Made by a program: the position numbers and the translations under genes. 62,034 bases of DNA from Acidobacteriota bacterium (GTDB lineage: Bacteria > Acidobacteriota > Vicinamibacteria > Vicinamibacterales > UBA8438), in contig JADFPE010000003.1 in assembly GCA_022562495.1 (NCBI GenBank), positions 1 through 62,034 of the forward strand, read 5' to 3'. Numbering within the stretch: the stretch's first letter is position 1; every line of letters starts with the position of its first letter. Positions 1 to 8,879 of the stretch are shown here, one piece after another. The notes beneath the pieces are model-generated. The model worked only from the letters and a program-made list of their open reading frames with translations, did no database searches and was not told where the DNA came from.

Positions 1-84
1 CACCTCGCAAATATTCCCCATACCCAAGCCCAGATTACGCTTGATCTGGACAAGCTCGCACCCACTAAGAGTCTCGCTAGATTT

Positions 85-852
85 ATGAACGATCCTCGCC
101 AACAGCAGTTTCTAGTAAGGAGGATAAAGGCCTTCAAAACTGTATATCTGGATGGTTCAGATGAATTCGTTACTGGAATTATGCAGCTTCTCCCAGGTTT
201 GCAGCTGTACCAACCGCCTGAACAAGAAATAACACCAGTTGAGGTTGGAACCAGTATTGATCAATATGTGGTGGAAGAGGAACTAGCTAGAGGGGGCATG
301 GGTGTAGTCTATCGCGTGAAAGATCGTGAAACAGGAAAGACATTTGCTCTGAAGCAGATGCTTGGGACTGATATTGATGATGACCGGCTGCGATTCCAAA
401 GAGAAGCCCAGCTAGGGCTCTCAGAACACCCAAATATAGTGAGCTTGGTAAACGCAGTTATGGCAGGGCCCAGGCCATATATCGTCATGGAGTACGTCAA
501 AGGTAAAACTCTCAGGGACATAATGAAAAAAGAAGGTTTAGGCGTTCGAGAGGGACTTGAGCTCTTAGTAAAAGTGGTAGATGGCCTACAGCATGCCCAT
601 AGCCATGGTGTCGTCCATAGAGATGTCAAACCGGACAATATCATGGTAACCCCAGGCGGACAGGTGAAGGTTTTAGACTTCGGGCTGGCCAAGGCGTTTC
701 AGCCGGATGCCAGCGCCCCGAATATGTCGGCGTCTCCGACGATCTCACTCACGGCGGCCGCCACGCAGATGGGCGTCATCATGGGGACGGCGGCGTATAT
801 GTCACCCGAGCAGGCACGAGGGAAGGCGACAGATGGAAGAGCCGATATCTGA
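85..852 (+). pseudogene. Ser/Thr protein kinase, catalytic-domain fragment (truncated, compositionally chimeric)
   Basis: 255-aa ORF with GGMGVVY glycine loop, FALKQ, HRDVKPDNIM, DFGLAK and YMSPEQ. It stops at ...GRADI*, where kinases normally continue DIWS.G. Nt 1-~680 are roughly 40-50% GC; downstream is >60%. Confidence 0.75.
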
Positions 853-926
853 TCCCCTGTACGCGCCCGCTTAAACGGCGTCGCTGTTTTCCGCCTCTGT
901 TGCCCGTTGATTCAACGGAGGAAGCC

Positions 927-1157
927 GTGAAGACCTGCCCGTACTGCGCGAAGGAGATTCAGGATGCGGCGATCGTCTGCAAGCACTGCGGACGGGATCT
1001 GGAGCACGGATTCGAGCGGAGACGGGCCGACCGGAGACAGGCCAAGCGGAGACAGGCCGATCGGACAGTGCTCGCAGGCCTAGGCCAGCGACCCCGATCC
1101 GAGCTGGACGGACCACATCTGGAACATCAAGGAGCTACTGTCAGCAGCGAAAAATGA
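927..1157 (+). CDS. small zinc-ribbon protein with Arg-rich repeat tail
   Basis: CPYC..(12 aa)..CKHC motif. GTG at 927 lies 5 nt after GGAGG; the ORF track opens at 900 (TTG). The tail RRRADRRQAKRRQADR is encoded by a 15-bp tandem repeat. Confidence 0.5.
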   Translation: MKTCPYCAKEIQDAAIVCKHCGRDLEHGFERRRADRRQAKRRQADRTVLAGLGQRPRSELDGPHLEHQGATVSSEK

Positions 1158-1324
1158 CCGAGACGCCATCCGATCGTCGGCAATTTCCACGTGTGCCGGT
1201 CAGCTTCGACGTTGACGTGGAGGTCGAGCCCGCCGGCAGGCCAGCGCGAACTATGGTCGGGCGCCTCGCGGATCTCAGCGCCGGCGGAGCCTTCCTTGAA
1301 CTAGCCGGGTTACTGGAACCATGA
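1154..1324 (+). CDS. PilZ-domain N-terminal fragment (56 aa, below ORF-track cutoff)
   Basis: Hand translation MTETPSDRRQFPRVPVSFDVDVEVEPAGRPARTMVGRLADLSAGGAFLELAGLLEP* contains RxxxR (RQFPR) and DxSxxG (DLSAGG), the c-di-GMP-binding motifs. It is only about half a PilZ domain. Its stop overlaps the next ATG (ATGA). Confidence 0.45.
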   Translation: MTETPSDRRQFPRVPVSFDVDVEVEPAGRPARTMVGRLADLSAGGAFLELAGLLEP

Positions 1325-1575
1325 AAGAAACGCAGACACGTTGGCTGACGTGTGGGGAGCGTCAATTCAAGGTGATCCTTGGCGATGAAAGGCCGGAGAA
1401 GCCGGACTGGCGGGTCACTGCGATGGTCCAGGACATGAGCGACCCCGACCAGCCAGTAACAATTGAACGACTGGCCCCGACGCAGGAAATGACCTTTCTG
1501 ATGATCAAGAGTCGCTTGCAAGGTCAGTTCGGCGAGTGTGACGAGGTGGGTTCTCAAGAGCCTTACTCAAACTGA
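1321..1575 (+). CDS. hypothetical protein (84 aa)
   Basis: ORF track. ATGA overlap with the PilZ stub suggests translational coupling. No recognisable motif. Confidence 0.35.
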   Translation: MKETQTRWLTCGERQFKVILGDERPEKPDWRVTAMVQDMSDPDQPVTIERLAPTQEMTFLMIKSRLQGQFGECDEVGSQEPYSN

Positions 1576-1600
1576 CCCACTACGAGAGAGAGGCCGTGTG

Positions 1601-1816
1601 ATGAAGATCGACCTTCACGTTGACACTGACAATCTCCCGGACGACGTGATCGTGATCGAGCGCTCCAAAGGTCCGCAGGGATGGGTGATCCGACGCAAGG
1701 GTCAACGGACCGATCGGCCACCCGAGGTGCACAGGCGGCTGGACCTGGCTATCGTCTACGCGGGCCAAGCGCCAGCCGGCGGGCCCTCCACGTTAATCGT
1801 CTGTGAGTTCTCATGA
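1601..1816 (+). CDS. hypothetical protein (71 aa)
   Basis: Internal ATG of ORF 1538..1816, preceded by a GAGAGAGG purine tract. No motif. Confidence 0.35.
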   Translation: MKIDLHVDTDNLPDDVIVIERSKGPQGWVIRRKGQRTDRPPEVHRRLDLAIVYAGQAPAGGPSTLIVCEFS

Positions 1817-1823
1817 GGGCCAC

Positions 1824-2090
1824 ATGAAGTCCTGGTTTCGCTTCCACATTCATCCGGATCCGAATATCGGCAAGATTAGCTGTGTGGCCGTTTGGGACGG
1901 CGTGCAGTACTCGGCCTCGGTTGTCGAGCCAGAGGGCGAACGCCGCGTCCGTGGCCGGGTCAATTGCGGGGATGACGAGGATGCGGCAAGACAGCGGGCA
2001 GACCAACTTCTGATGGACGCCTACACCCATGATTGTCAGACGCAGCAGTGCGAGCCCTGGCGTGCGTTCGGCGTCGGCGGCCCTGGCTAG
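1824..2090 (+). CDS. hypothetical Cys-containing protein (88 aa)
   Basis: Internal ATG (MKSWFRF...) of ORF 1803..2090, 8 nt after the preceding stop. No motif. Confidence 0.35.
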   Translation: MKSWFRFHIHPDPNIGKISCVAVWDGVQYSASVVEPEGERRVRGRVNCGDDEDAARQRADQLLMDAYTHDCQTQQCEPWRAFGVGGPG

Positions 2091-2214
2091 CAACACCCCG
2101 TTAGCCCACTGCCCTGCAGCTGTCGGGTCAACGCGAGTCGGACATGACGAATAAGGTCCTCCCCTTCGCACGCCCGGCCAGGCGCCAACCGAGACCTCGA
2201 TCTCTCTGACAGCG

Positions 2215-2598
2215 ATGGTCAGTATCGAGTGGGTGATCCTGTGCAAGAACGTCCAGGAGGACGTAGATGGGTTGCTGTGCATCGATGGAATAATCGACAC
2301 CTTCACTGTGCCAGAGGTGCCGATCTCCGGCCACGGCACCATCGTGTTCCGACTGCGAGGCAACCCGAATCAGGAGGTTGAGCTGAGGATCGAGCTACGC
2401 GGACCCACTGGTACGTGGCTGGCTGAGATACCGCCCGCCACGATGACAATCAACGAGAACGGTCTCGCGGTTAACTCAGTCGCGGCTCGGCTGCCGTTTG
2501 CACAACCAGGGCGCTACGAATTGCGTGTCTTCGCCAACGAGCAGACGTGCGTCTTGCCGTTCACGGTGGAGCTGTCGAGTCCGACCGTGGTGCATTAG
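2215..2598 (+). CDS. hypothetical protein (127 aa, predicted all-beta)
   Basis: ORF track. Codon composition looks like host genes. No motif recognised. Confidence 0.45.
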   Translation: MVSIEWVILCKNVQEDVDGLLCIDGIIDTFTVPEVPISGHGTIVFRLRGNPNQEVELRIELRGPTGTWLAEIPPATMTINENGLAVNSVAARLPFAQPGRYELRVFANEQTCVLPFTVELSSPTVVH

Positions 2599-2619
2599 AG
2601 GTCGGCATACAGAGCGCCT

Positions 2620-3195
2620 ATGCGTGGAGTGTACCACTGCATGTCTAACAAGATCCTCACGTCCGCCAAGGTTCTCCCCTGCGCACGGCCGGTCCCTCGC
2701 ACGTCGCAGCCGGAACCCTCGATGGTGACCCGCGAAGAGACCGCGGGCGGGGGCCTCTCGTTCACCTTGGCCATCGGCACGGAGGCCATCGCGCGCGCGA
2801 CGGTCGACGCGGCTACGCGTGAGTATGTGAACCAGTTACCTCGCATCATTGGCCGTGCCGTGGCGCAACGGTATGCACGTCGTCTGCCGGAATATCGTGA
2901 GGCAGCCGATCGCTTCGACGCGCTCAGGGCAACGCTCAACGCCGCGCCATCTGTGGATACTGAGGACGCAGAACTACTGCTGCACGTGGCAGAAGAAGAA
3001 TCGGCGTCGGGGAGGGCGTACGAGGCTGCGGCAGCCGCCGTCATGGCAGCGCTGGATAGCGCGAAAAGCACACGACGACGAGCCAGAGAAGAAAGGCGGG
3101 GCGTGATGGGCGACGAACGTGTCTCATTGCTGCCCGATCCCCTGGAGCGCCGCCTGCTCACGGCGTTTCGGTCCCGAACCGGCTGTCGGTCGTAA
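2620..3195 (+). CDS. hypothetical Ala/Arg-rich protein
   Basis: ORF track. The start is uncertain (ATGs at 2620, 2641, 2722). It is shadowed by a long antisense ORF. Confidence 0.3.
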   Translation: MRGVYHCMSNKILTSAKVLPCARPVPRTSQPEPSMVTREETAGGGLSFTLAIGTEAIARATVDAATREYVNQLPRIIGRAVAQRYARRLPEYREAADRFDALRATLNAAPSVDTEDAELLLHVAEEESASGRAYEAAAAAVMAALDSAKSTRRRAREERRGVMGDERVSLLPDPLERRLLTAFRSRTGCRS

Positions 3196-3254
3196 AAACC
3201 GTCGAGGGCTGGCCGGCAGGACGACGCGGCGGCCGCGCCCGAGGAGGAACGCTG

Positions 3255-4946
3255 GTGTCGCTCGAAGAACAGTACGACGAAGTCCGGCAGCTCATTGAGC
3301 TCGGCAAGGAGAAGGGGTACCTGCTCTATGACGAGGTGAACGAGCTGCTTCCCCCCGACATCACCACGTCCGACGCGCTGGACGAGCTGTTCACCGCCTT
3401 CGGCCACGCCGGTATCGAGGTGGTTGACTCCGAACAGACGTACCGGGAGCAGAAGCTGCTCGACCGGCGCAGTGAAGGCTCGGACGACATCGGGCTGGAT
3501 CTGACTCCGAGCGCAATCGACAAGACCAACGACCCGCTCCGGATGTATCTGCGCCAGATGGCGACGGTGCCTCTGCTGACCCGCGAGGGCGAGGTCGAGA
3601 TCGCCAAGCGGATCGAGCGAGGGAAGCTGTCGGTCCTCAAGGCGATCTCGCGGACGCCGACCATCGCCAAGGCGGTCGTCCGGATGGGCGAGCAGCTGAA
3701 GAGCCGTGACCGCACGATCCGGGAATTGGTGATCTTCCGGGACGACGAGGTGACCGAAGAGCGGATCGGTCGCCTCGCCGGTGACGTGATAGCGCAGATC
3801 GAGACGATCCGGAAGACCCGTCTGGACGTGGTGCGCCGCGCGAAAAAAGTCGGGACGATCCCCAAGCGCGAGAAGCAGCGCTATCGGCGGAACTACCGCA
3901 ATCTGCTGCGGGCCCAGGTCACACTGTCGCGGCTGATCCGTGGCATCGACTTCACCGAGCCGGTGAAGCGGCGTCTCGTCGACGACGTCAAGGAGATCAC
4001 CGAGGGCGTACAGCGCATCCGGCTCGAGATCGAGCATCTCGACCGCCAGGTGAAGGCCAAGACCCGCCGGGGGATCACGGACGAGGAGAAACGGCGCATC
4101 ACGGGGCGTCAGCGCGAGCTCCGGGCCCTGCTCCGGAGCCGCATCGAGGAGCTGGAACAGCCGGCGGCCGCGCTGGAGCGAACGCTCCACACCATCCTGC
4201 GCGGCGAGATGCTGGCCGAGATCGCCAAGAAGGAGTTGGTGGAAGCGAATCTCCGGCTCGTGGTGTCGATCGCGAAGAAATACACCAACCGCGGGCTGCA
4301 GTTCCTCGACCTGATCCAGGAGGGAAACATCGGGCTGATGAAGGCGGTCGACAAGTTCGAGTATCGCCGCGGCTACAAGTTCTCGACCTATGCCACCTGG
4401 TGGATCCGCCAGGCGACCACCCGCGCGATTTCCGACCAGGCCCGGACGATCCGGATCCCGGTCCACATGATCGAGATGATCAACAAGGTGATCCGGACAT
4501 CGCGCGCGCTCGTGCAGGAGCTGGGCCGCGAACCGACGTCGGAGGAGATCGCGAAGCGGATGGACATCCCGGTGTCCAAGGTGCGAAAGGTGCTCAAGAT
4601 TGCCCAGGAGCCGATCTCACTCGAGACGCCGATCGGGGAGGAAGAGGACAGCCATCTCGGCGATTTCATCGAGGACCGGCAGGAGGTCTCGCCGGCTGAG
4701 GCCGTGATCAACCTCAACCTCAAGGAGCAGACCGAAAGCGTGTTGAGGACCTTGACGCCACGCGAGGAGAAGGTGATCAAGATGCGGTTCGGCGTCGGGG
4801 ACGGGAGCGAGCACACGCTGGAGGAGGTCGGGCAGAACTTCGCGGTCACACGCGAACGGATCCGCCAGATCGAGGCCAAGGCGCTACGCAAGCTGCGGCA
4901 CCCATCGCGCAGCCGGCATCTGCGGGCGTTCATGGAAGGCACGTAG
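3255..4946 (+). CDS. rpoD: RNA polymerase primary sigma factor (sigma-70)
   Basis: 563 aa with region 1.2 ([10 protein letters not shown]), region 2 ([45 protein letters not shown]) and region 4 ([29 protein letters not shown]). Confidence 0.97.
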   Translation: MSLEEQYDEVRQLIELGKEKGYLLYDEVNELLPPDITTSDALDELFTAFGHAGIEVVDSEQTYREQKLLDRRSEGSDDIGLDLTPSAIDKTNDPLRMYLRQMATVPLLTREGEVEIAKRIERGKLSVLKAISRTPTIAKAVVRMGEQLKSRDRTIRELVIFRDDEVTEERIGRLAGDVIAQIETIRKTRLDVVRRAKKVGTIPKREKQRYRRNYRNLLRAQVTLSRLIRGIDFTEPVKRRLVDDVKEITEGVQRIRLEIEHLDRQVKAKTRRGITDEEKRRITGRQRELRALLRSRIEELEQPAAALERTLHTILRGEMLAEIAKKELVEANLRLVVSIAKKYTNRGLQFLDLIQEGNIGLMKAVDKFEYRRGYKFSTYATWWIRQATTRAISDQARTIRIPVHMIEMINKVIRTSRALVQELGREPTSEEIAKRMDIPVSKVRKVLKIAQEPISLETPIGEEEDSHLGDFIEDRQEVSPAEAVINLNLKEQTESVLRTLTPREEKVIKMRFGVGDGSEHTLEEVGQNFAVTRERIRQIEAKALRKLRHPSRSRHLRAFMEGT

Positions 4947-5036
4947 CAGTCCGCTCCGGAGGCGGCAGTCCCGCCGGCTGGCGCCAGCGAGCGGGTCTTC
5001 GGGCCCGCGCCGGAATTCGGGAAGTATCGAGTGCCC

Positions 5037-5112
5037 GGGCCCATAGCTCAGCGGTCAGAGCCGCCGGCTCATAACCGGTCTGTCCCAGGTTCGAATCCTG
5101 GTGGGCCCACCA
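5037..5112 (+). tRNA. tRNA with CAT anticodon (elongator Met or lysidine-modified Ile2), CCA encoded
   Basis: Hand-folded cloverleaf: acceptor GGGCCCA/TGGGCCC, D stem GCTC/GAGC, anticodon stem GCCGG/CCGGT with loop CTCATAA, T arm CCAGG-TTCGAAT-CCTGG, then ACCA. G1:C72 is paired, so it is not an initiator. Confidence 0.93.
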
Positions 5113-5222
5113 CACGACGGAGTCGACATGGTCGCACACACGACACGCCTTGACGACCGCCACGCGCCGTGCGCGGAGACGACGCCCCGTGTTCGGCCGG
5201 GCTGGTCCACCGGCCTGTCACA

Positions 5223-5314
5223 CAGCCCGTGGTGCACGTACCGCTGCATTCGAATGGCGCGGCCGCCGGCCCCTCGCCGATCTCGGTGCAACGTGGGACG
5301 TGCACCACGGGTTG
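5223..5314 (+). repeat. family-A palindromic repeat, short form (outer arms only, central core missing)
   Basis: CAGCCCGTGGTGCACGT...CTGCATTCGAATGGCG // CGATCTCGGTGCAACG...ACGTGCACCACGGGTTG. These arms match the outer stems of the full copies. Confidence 0.6.
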
Positions 5315-5337
5315 CGAGCGACCTGGTGGCTGTGTGT

Positions 5338-5366
5338 GCCCCGCCCCGATGGTGGGGCTTTTTTTT
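5338..5366 (+). terminator. Rho-independent terminator after tRNA
   Basis: GCCCC-(11 nt)-GGGGC followed by T8. This is the only clear stem plus long T-tract I found in the window. Confidence 0.7.
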
Positions 5367-5419
5367 GCTCGGGCCCCTCGCCACCGGACACTCGGACGAC
5401 CGTCGAGACGTGACACACG

Positions 5420-6166
5420 ATGCTGCCAGACCTTGAACGATTGATCCAGCTGCAACGACTCGACACCGCGGCCGACGAGGCGCGACGCACGGTCGACGGG
5501 ATCCCGTCGCGCATCGAGGATCTCGACACCCGTCTGACCGCCAGCACCACGGCGGTCGATGCGGCCAGGACGTGTGTCGAGGACAAGAAGAACGAGCGCC
5601 AGGCAGGTGAGAAAAGCCTTGCCGAGGTGCAGGGGCGCCTGTCGCGGTTCAAGGAACAGCTGATGGCGGTCAAGACCAACAAGGAATACACGGCGGTACA
5701 GCATGAGATCGCCACCGCCGAAGCCGAGGTCCAGCGGCTCGAGGACACCATCCTGGAGCACATGCTGGAAGCCGACGACCTGGCGGCCAATGTCGAGGCG
5801 GCCGAGCGCGCCCTGCAGGCCGATCGGGTGGAAATCGAGCGCGACCGTGCGGCGCTCGAGACCACACGCGCTGAGATGGAGCGCACGCTGAGCGGCACCT
5901 CGAACGAACGGGTGACGCTGACTGGGCACATCGGCGCGGCGGCACGCGAGCTGTTCGAGGCGGTCGCGAGACAACGGGGAGGTATCGCGGTGGTCGAGGC
6001 GCGTGACGGGCATTGCACCGTGTGCCACGTACGACTCCGCCCGCAAGTCTTCAACCAGATCCTCCGAAACACCGAGCTGATCCAGTGTGAGAGTTGTATG
6101 CGGATCTTGTATCACGACCCGAACGACGGAGGGGCGCGGGCACGCGAACACGACCCGGCCCGATGA
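5420..6166 (+). CDS. coiled-coil protein with C-terminal C4 zinc ribbon (COG1579/DUF164-like)
   Basis: Long heptad-rich N-terminus, KTNKEYTAVQHEI motif and C-terminal CTVCH..(19 aa)..CESC. It is paired with an RNase H gene, as in many genomes. Confidence 0.85.
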   Translation: MLPDLERLIQLQRLDTAADEARRTVDGIPSRIEDLDTRLTASTTAVDAARTCVEDKKNERQAGEKSLAEVQGRLSRFKEQLMAVKTNKEYTAVQHEIATAEAEVQRLEDTILEHMLEADDLAANVEAAERALQADRVEIERDRAALETTRAEMERTLSGTSNERVTLTGHIGAAARELFEAVARQRGGIAVVEARDGHCTVCHVRLRPQVFNQILRNTELIQCESCMRILYHDPNDGGARAREHDPAR

Positions 6167-6684
6167 CATCGGCCCGCGTGGTGGCCAATAGCGACGGCGG
6201 CGCACGGGGCAATCCTGGCCCCGCGGGGTACGGCGTCCGAATAGAACACGCGACCGGCGAGCTCACACACGAGTTGCACGCCCCGATCGGCGTGGCGACA
6301 AACAACCTCGCCGAGTATCGCGGCGTGATCGCAGCGCTGTCCTACCTGGCGGAACACGGCTACGATGACACGCCGATCCGCTCGGACTCGCAACTCTTCG
6401 TGCGCCAGATGCAGGGACGCTGCCGCATCCGGCATCCTGGTCTGCCACCCCTCTATCGGCAGGCCAAGGCATTCGCAGCCCAGCTCGGGCACGTGAGGCT
6501 CGAGCACGTGCGCCGCACCGAGAACCCAGAGGCGGACCTGCTGTCCCACGTCGCGATGGACGTGCAGGAGGCACGGGTGGGCGAACGCGCGAAGGAGTCA
6601 GCAGTCGGAAGTCAGACATCAGAAGAAGGCCGGCGGGCTGCACCGTCTTCTGGTCGAGCCTCGGGCTCCCCATCGACTGAATAG
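6163..6684 (+). CDS. ribonuclease H family protein with repeat-encoded C-terminal tail
   Basis: Internal ATG overlapping the upstream stop (ATGA). SDGGARGNPGPAGYG...TNNLAEYRGVIAAL...SDSQL motifs match RNase HI-type catalytic D/E/D positions. About the last 30 codons run into a heptad array. Confidence 0.85.
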   Translation: MTSARVVANSDGGARGNPGPAGYGVRIEHATGELTHELHAPIGVATNNLAEYRGVIAALSYLAEHGYDDTPIRSDSQLFVRQMQGRCRIRHPGLPPLYRQAKAFAAQLGHVRLEHVRRTENPEADLLSHVAMDVQEARVGERAKESAVGSQTSEEGRRAAPSSGRASGSPSTE

Positions 6685-6902
6685 CCCCTGTTCACCACGG
6701 ATGACCAGCCCACCCACAGACGCGGTACGCGCTCTCACTGTCTCGATCCTCACGCCGGACACCTCGCGGCGCCGGCTCGGGCAACGCCAGTTACATCGGC
6801 GCCGTCGACCCCGACAGACCGTCTGCTGGCGAGGCCCTCCGCTGTTCTCCTACCGTCCACCTTCTACCTGCGGCCTTCTGCGTTCTGCCTTCTGACTGCT
6901 CG
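6594..6902. repeat. family-B heptad arrays in inverted orientation flanking a ~230-bp spacer
   Basis: GGAGTCAGCAGTCGGAAGTCAGACATCAGAAGAAGG (6594-6629) and CCTTCTACCTGCGGCCTTCTGCGTTCTGCCTTCTGACTGCTCG (6860-6902). Confidence 0.55.
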
Positions 6903-7085
6903 AGCATTGGCCGGGGAACCTGCCGTTGACATTCCACCCAGGACGCTCCGCTCCCGCGTCGAACGTGAGCTCGGCAACCCCAAATCGCACAGGCAGTTGG
7001 CGCCGTCCAGCGACCGACGGCCAGTGTGGCCGACGCCTTGCATCCATGCCGGTCCAGCAGATACCAGACGCGAGGAGGATGACGG

Positions 7086-7403
7086 ATGATCCAACTGGAC
7101 GAGACGGTCGCGATCAACGTCCTTCCGGCCGATGACAGGGGTCCGGCAGGTAAGCTGGCCGACATGGAGCTGCACTTCACCGCCGGAGCCCTGGAAGGAC
7201 TCAAGCTGCTTGGGTTCACGGTGTGGGAGGGCCGGGGCGGCAAGGGCCCAAGCCTGAGCCTGCCGTCCCGCCAGTACGTCGTCAACGGGGAACGCCGCAG
7301 CTACACGTTGCTCCGGCCGAGCGGCGAGGCGCCTGCGCAGGACACGTTGCGCGACACCCTCCTGGCGGTATTCGCGGACCACGTGCCGGACGCGGCGTCC
7401 TAG
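7086..7403 (+). CDS. hypothetical protein, tentatively SpoVG-like
   Basis: GAGGAGGA precedes the ATG. The pattern KLAD.EL.F....L.GLKL.GF.VWE..GG.G.S.S.PSRQY..NGE.R.Y.LLRP loosely resembles the SpoVG core (memory-based alignment only). Confidence 0.55.
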   Translation: MIQLDETVAINVLPADDRGPAGKLADMELHFTAGALEGLKLLGFTVWEGRGGKGPSLSLPSRQYVVNGERRSYTLLRPSGEAPAQDTLRDTLLAVFADHVPDAAS

Positions 7404-7445
7404 CAGCCGAGGCTGTCGGTAGCCTGCCAGCGCGCCTTCGGCGCT

Positions 7446-8654
7446 TCACTCGGCGTGCTGCCTGAGGAACGCGGGTACGTCGAGATCGGACTCCAATGTC
7501 GCGTCGACGTCCAGCACGGTCTTACCGGCCTCGTCCGTGTGGCTCGACGCCAGCACCGGCAGCTCGATCAGCGCCCGCCGGGACACCGTGAACCGCGTAC
7601 CTGCGGCGCGCTCGAGCGGCTCCTCCTGTTGCCAAGACGCGTATTGGTGAAGGTCGACCGGCGTCTTCGCGGTGGCGCGTTCGGTCGCGGGCTCGGCGCC
7701 CTCCCGGTCGAAGCCGGTCGCGATGACGGTGATCTTGACCTGGCCTGTCATGTCCGGGTCGATGACGGCGCCGAAAATGATGTTGGCGTCCTCATGCGCC
7801 GCAGCCTGGATGATGGAGGTGGCCTCGCTGACCTCGAAGAGCGACAGATCCGGTCCACCGGTCACGTTGATGATGACCCCGCGTGCGCCCTCCACCGACG
7901 CGTCCTCCAGCAGCGGGCTCGAGATGGCCTTGGTCGCGGCGTCGACCGCCTTGGTCTCGCCGTGACCGACTCCCGTGCCCATGATGGCCAGCCCCATGCC
8001 GGACATGATAGTCGTCACGTCGGCGAAGTCGAGGTTGATGAGCCCCGGCACGAGGATGAGGTCCGAGATGCCCTGGATCGCCTGCCGGAGCACGTCATCG
8101 GCAGCGGCGAAGGCATCGGACATGGTCGTCGAGCGGTCGATCGAGGCCAGCAGCCGCTCGTTTGGTATCGTGATGACGCTGTCGACGCACGCCCGGATCT
8201 CTTCGAGCCCCCGCTCCGCCTGCACGGCGCGCCGGCGTCCCTCGAACGGGAACGGCTTGGTGACGACGGCTACGGTCAACGCGCCCAACTCACTCGCCAG
8301 GTTCGCGATGACCGGTGCCGCCCCGGTGCCAGTGCCGCCACCCAGCCCGGTCGTGACGAACACCATATCGGCCCCGTCGAGGGCAGAGATGATCTGCTCG
8401 GTGTCCTCGAGCGCTGCCCGCCGACCGACGTTCGGGTCACCGCCGGCGCCGAGCCCATTGGTGAGCTTGGCGCCGATCTGCAGGCACAGGGGCGCCGCAT
8501 TGTGGCTCAGCGCCTGTGCGTCCGTGTTCACCACGATGAACTCGACGCCACCGAGCCCCGAGGCCACCATCCGGTTCACCGCGTTGCTCCCGCCGCCTCC
8601 CACACCGACGACCTTGATCCGCGCGCCAGAGTGGTCAGTGTCCTCGATCGTCAT
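7446..8654 (-). CDS. ftsZ: cell division protein FtsZ
   Basis: [17 protein letters not shown] and [15 protein letters not shown] tubulin signatures. Start chosen at MTIEDTDH (codon 42 of ORF 7446..8777); an alternative start is at 8732. Confidence 0.96.
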   Translation of the reverse strand: MTIEDTDHSGARIKVVGVGGGGSNAVNRMVASGLGGVEFIVVNTDAQALSHNAAPLCLQIGAKLTNGLGAGGDPNVGRRAALEDTEQIISALDGADMVFVTTGLGGGTGTGAAPVIANLASELGALTVAVVTKPFPFEGRRRAVQAERGLEEIRACVDSVITIPNERLLASIDRSTTMSDAFAAADDVLRQAIQGISDLILVPGLINLDFADVTTIMSGMGLAIMGTGVGHGETKAVDAATKAISSPLLEDASVEGARGVIINVTGGPDLSLFEVSEATSIIQAAAHEDANIIFGAVIDPDMTGQVKITVIATGFDREGAEPATERATAKTPVDLHQYASWQQEEPLERAAGTRFTVSRRALIELPVLASSHTDEAGKTVLDVDATLESDLDVPAFLRQHAE

Positions 8655-8879
8655 GCGTAGGTCCTGGTCCCGCTCGGATCCCGGGCGAGTCACCGCGTCA
8701 CCGAGTCGATCCGTCAACCCTGTAGGTTCCATCTGCCCCCCTTGTGCTCGTCGATGGCGAGTCGCCAAACGTGCCACTCCGACATGCCCTCCCTACCACC
8801 GAATCGCCTTGTCCGTCCTTGTCCTGCTGAACGCTGCCAAGCTGGACATCGTGCTCTCTCCCGACGCCGGAAGATGTCG

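Noticed and set aside
2595-4466. Very long ORFs antisense to, or out of frame with, clearly identified genes. Examples: 2595..4466(-) opposite rpoD, 8906..10453(+) opposite ftsA, 11297..13741(+) opposite murC/murG, 25719..27596(-) opposite ychF/epimerase, 41747..43228(+) opposite nuoM, 30522..32390(+) overlapping murJ, 5069..6205(-).
   Set aside because: These are typical stop-codon-poor shadow frames of high-GC DNA. Their translations are Arg/Pro/Gly/His-rich low-complexity sequence with no motifs, whereas the opposite or alternate frame encodes well-conserved proteins.
6630-7085. The non-coding stretch after the RNase H gene was checked for RNase P RNA, tmRNA, SRP or 6S RNA-like features.
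   Set aside because: I could not recognise any conserved motifs of these RNAs. The region is bounded by heptad arrays and probably belongs to a family-B element plus the promoter/leader of the SpoVG-like gene.
8655-8777. The N-terminal extension of FtsZ from the ORF-track start ([14 protein letters not shown]...).
   Set aside because: The extension is Arg-rich and unlike FtsZ N-termini. [22 protein letters not shown] gives the usual ~12-residue lead before the first beta-strand. An intermediate start at 8732 cannot be excluded.
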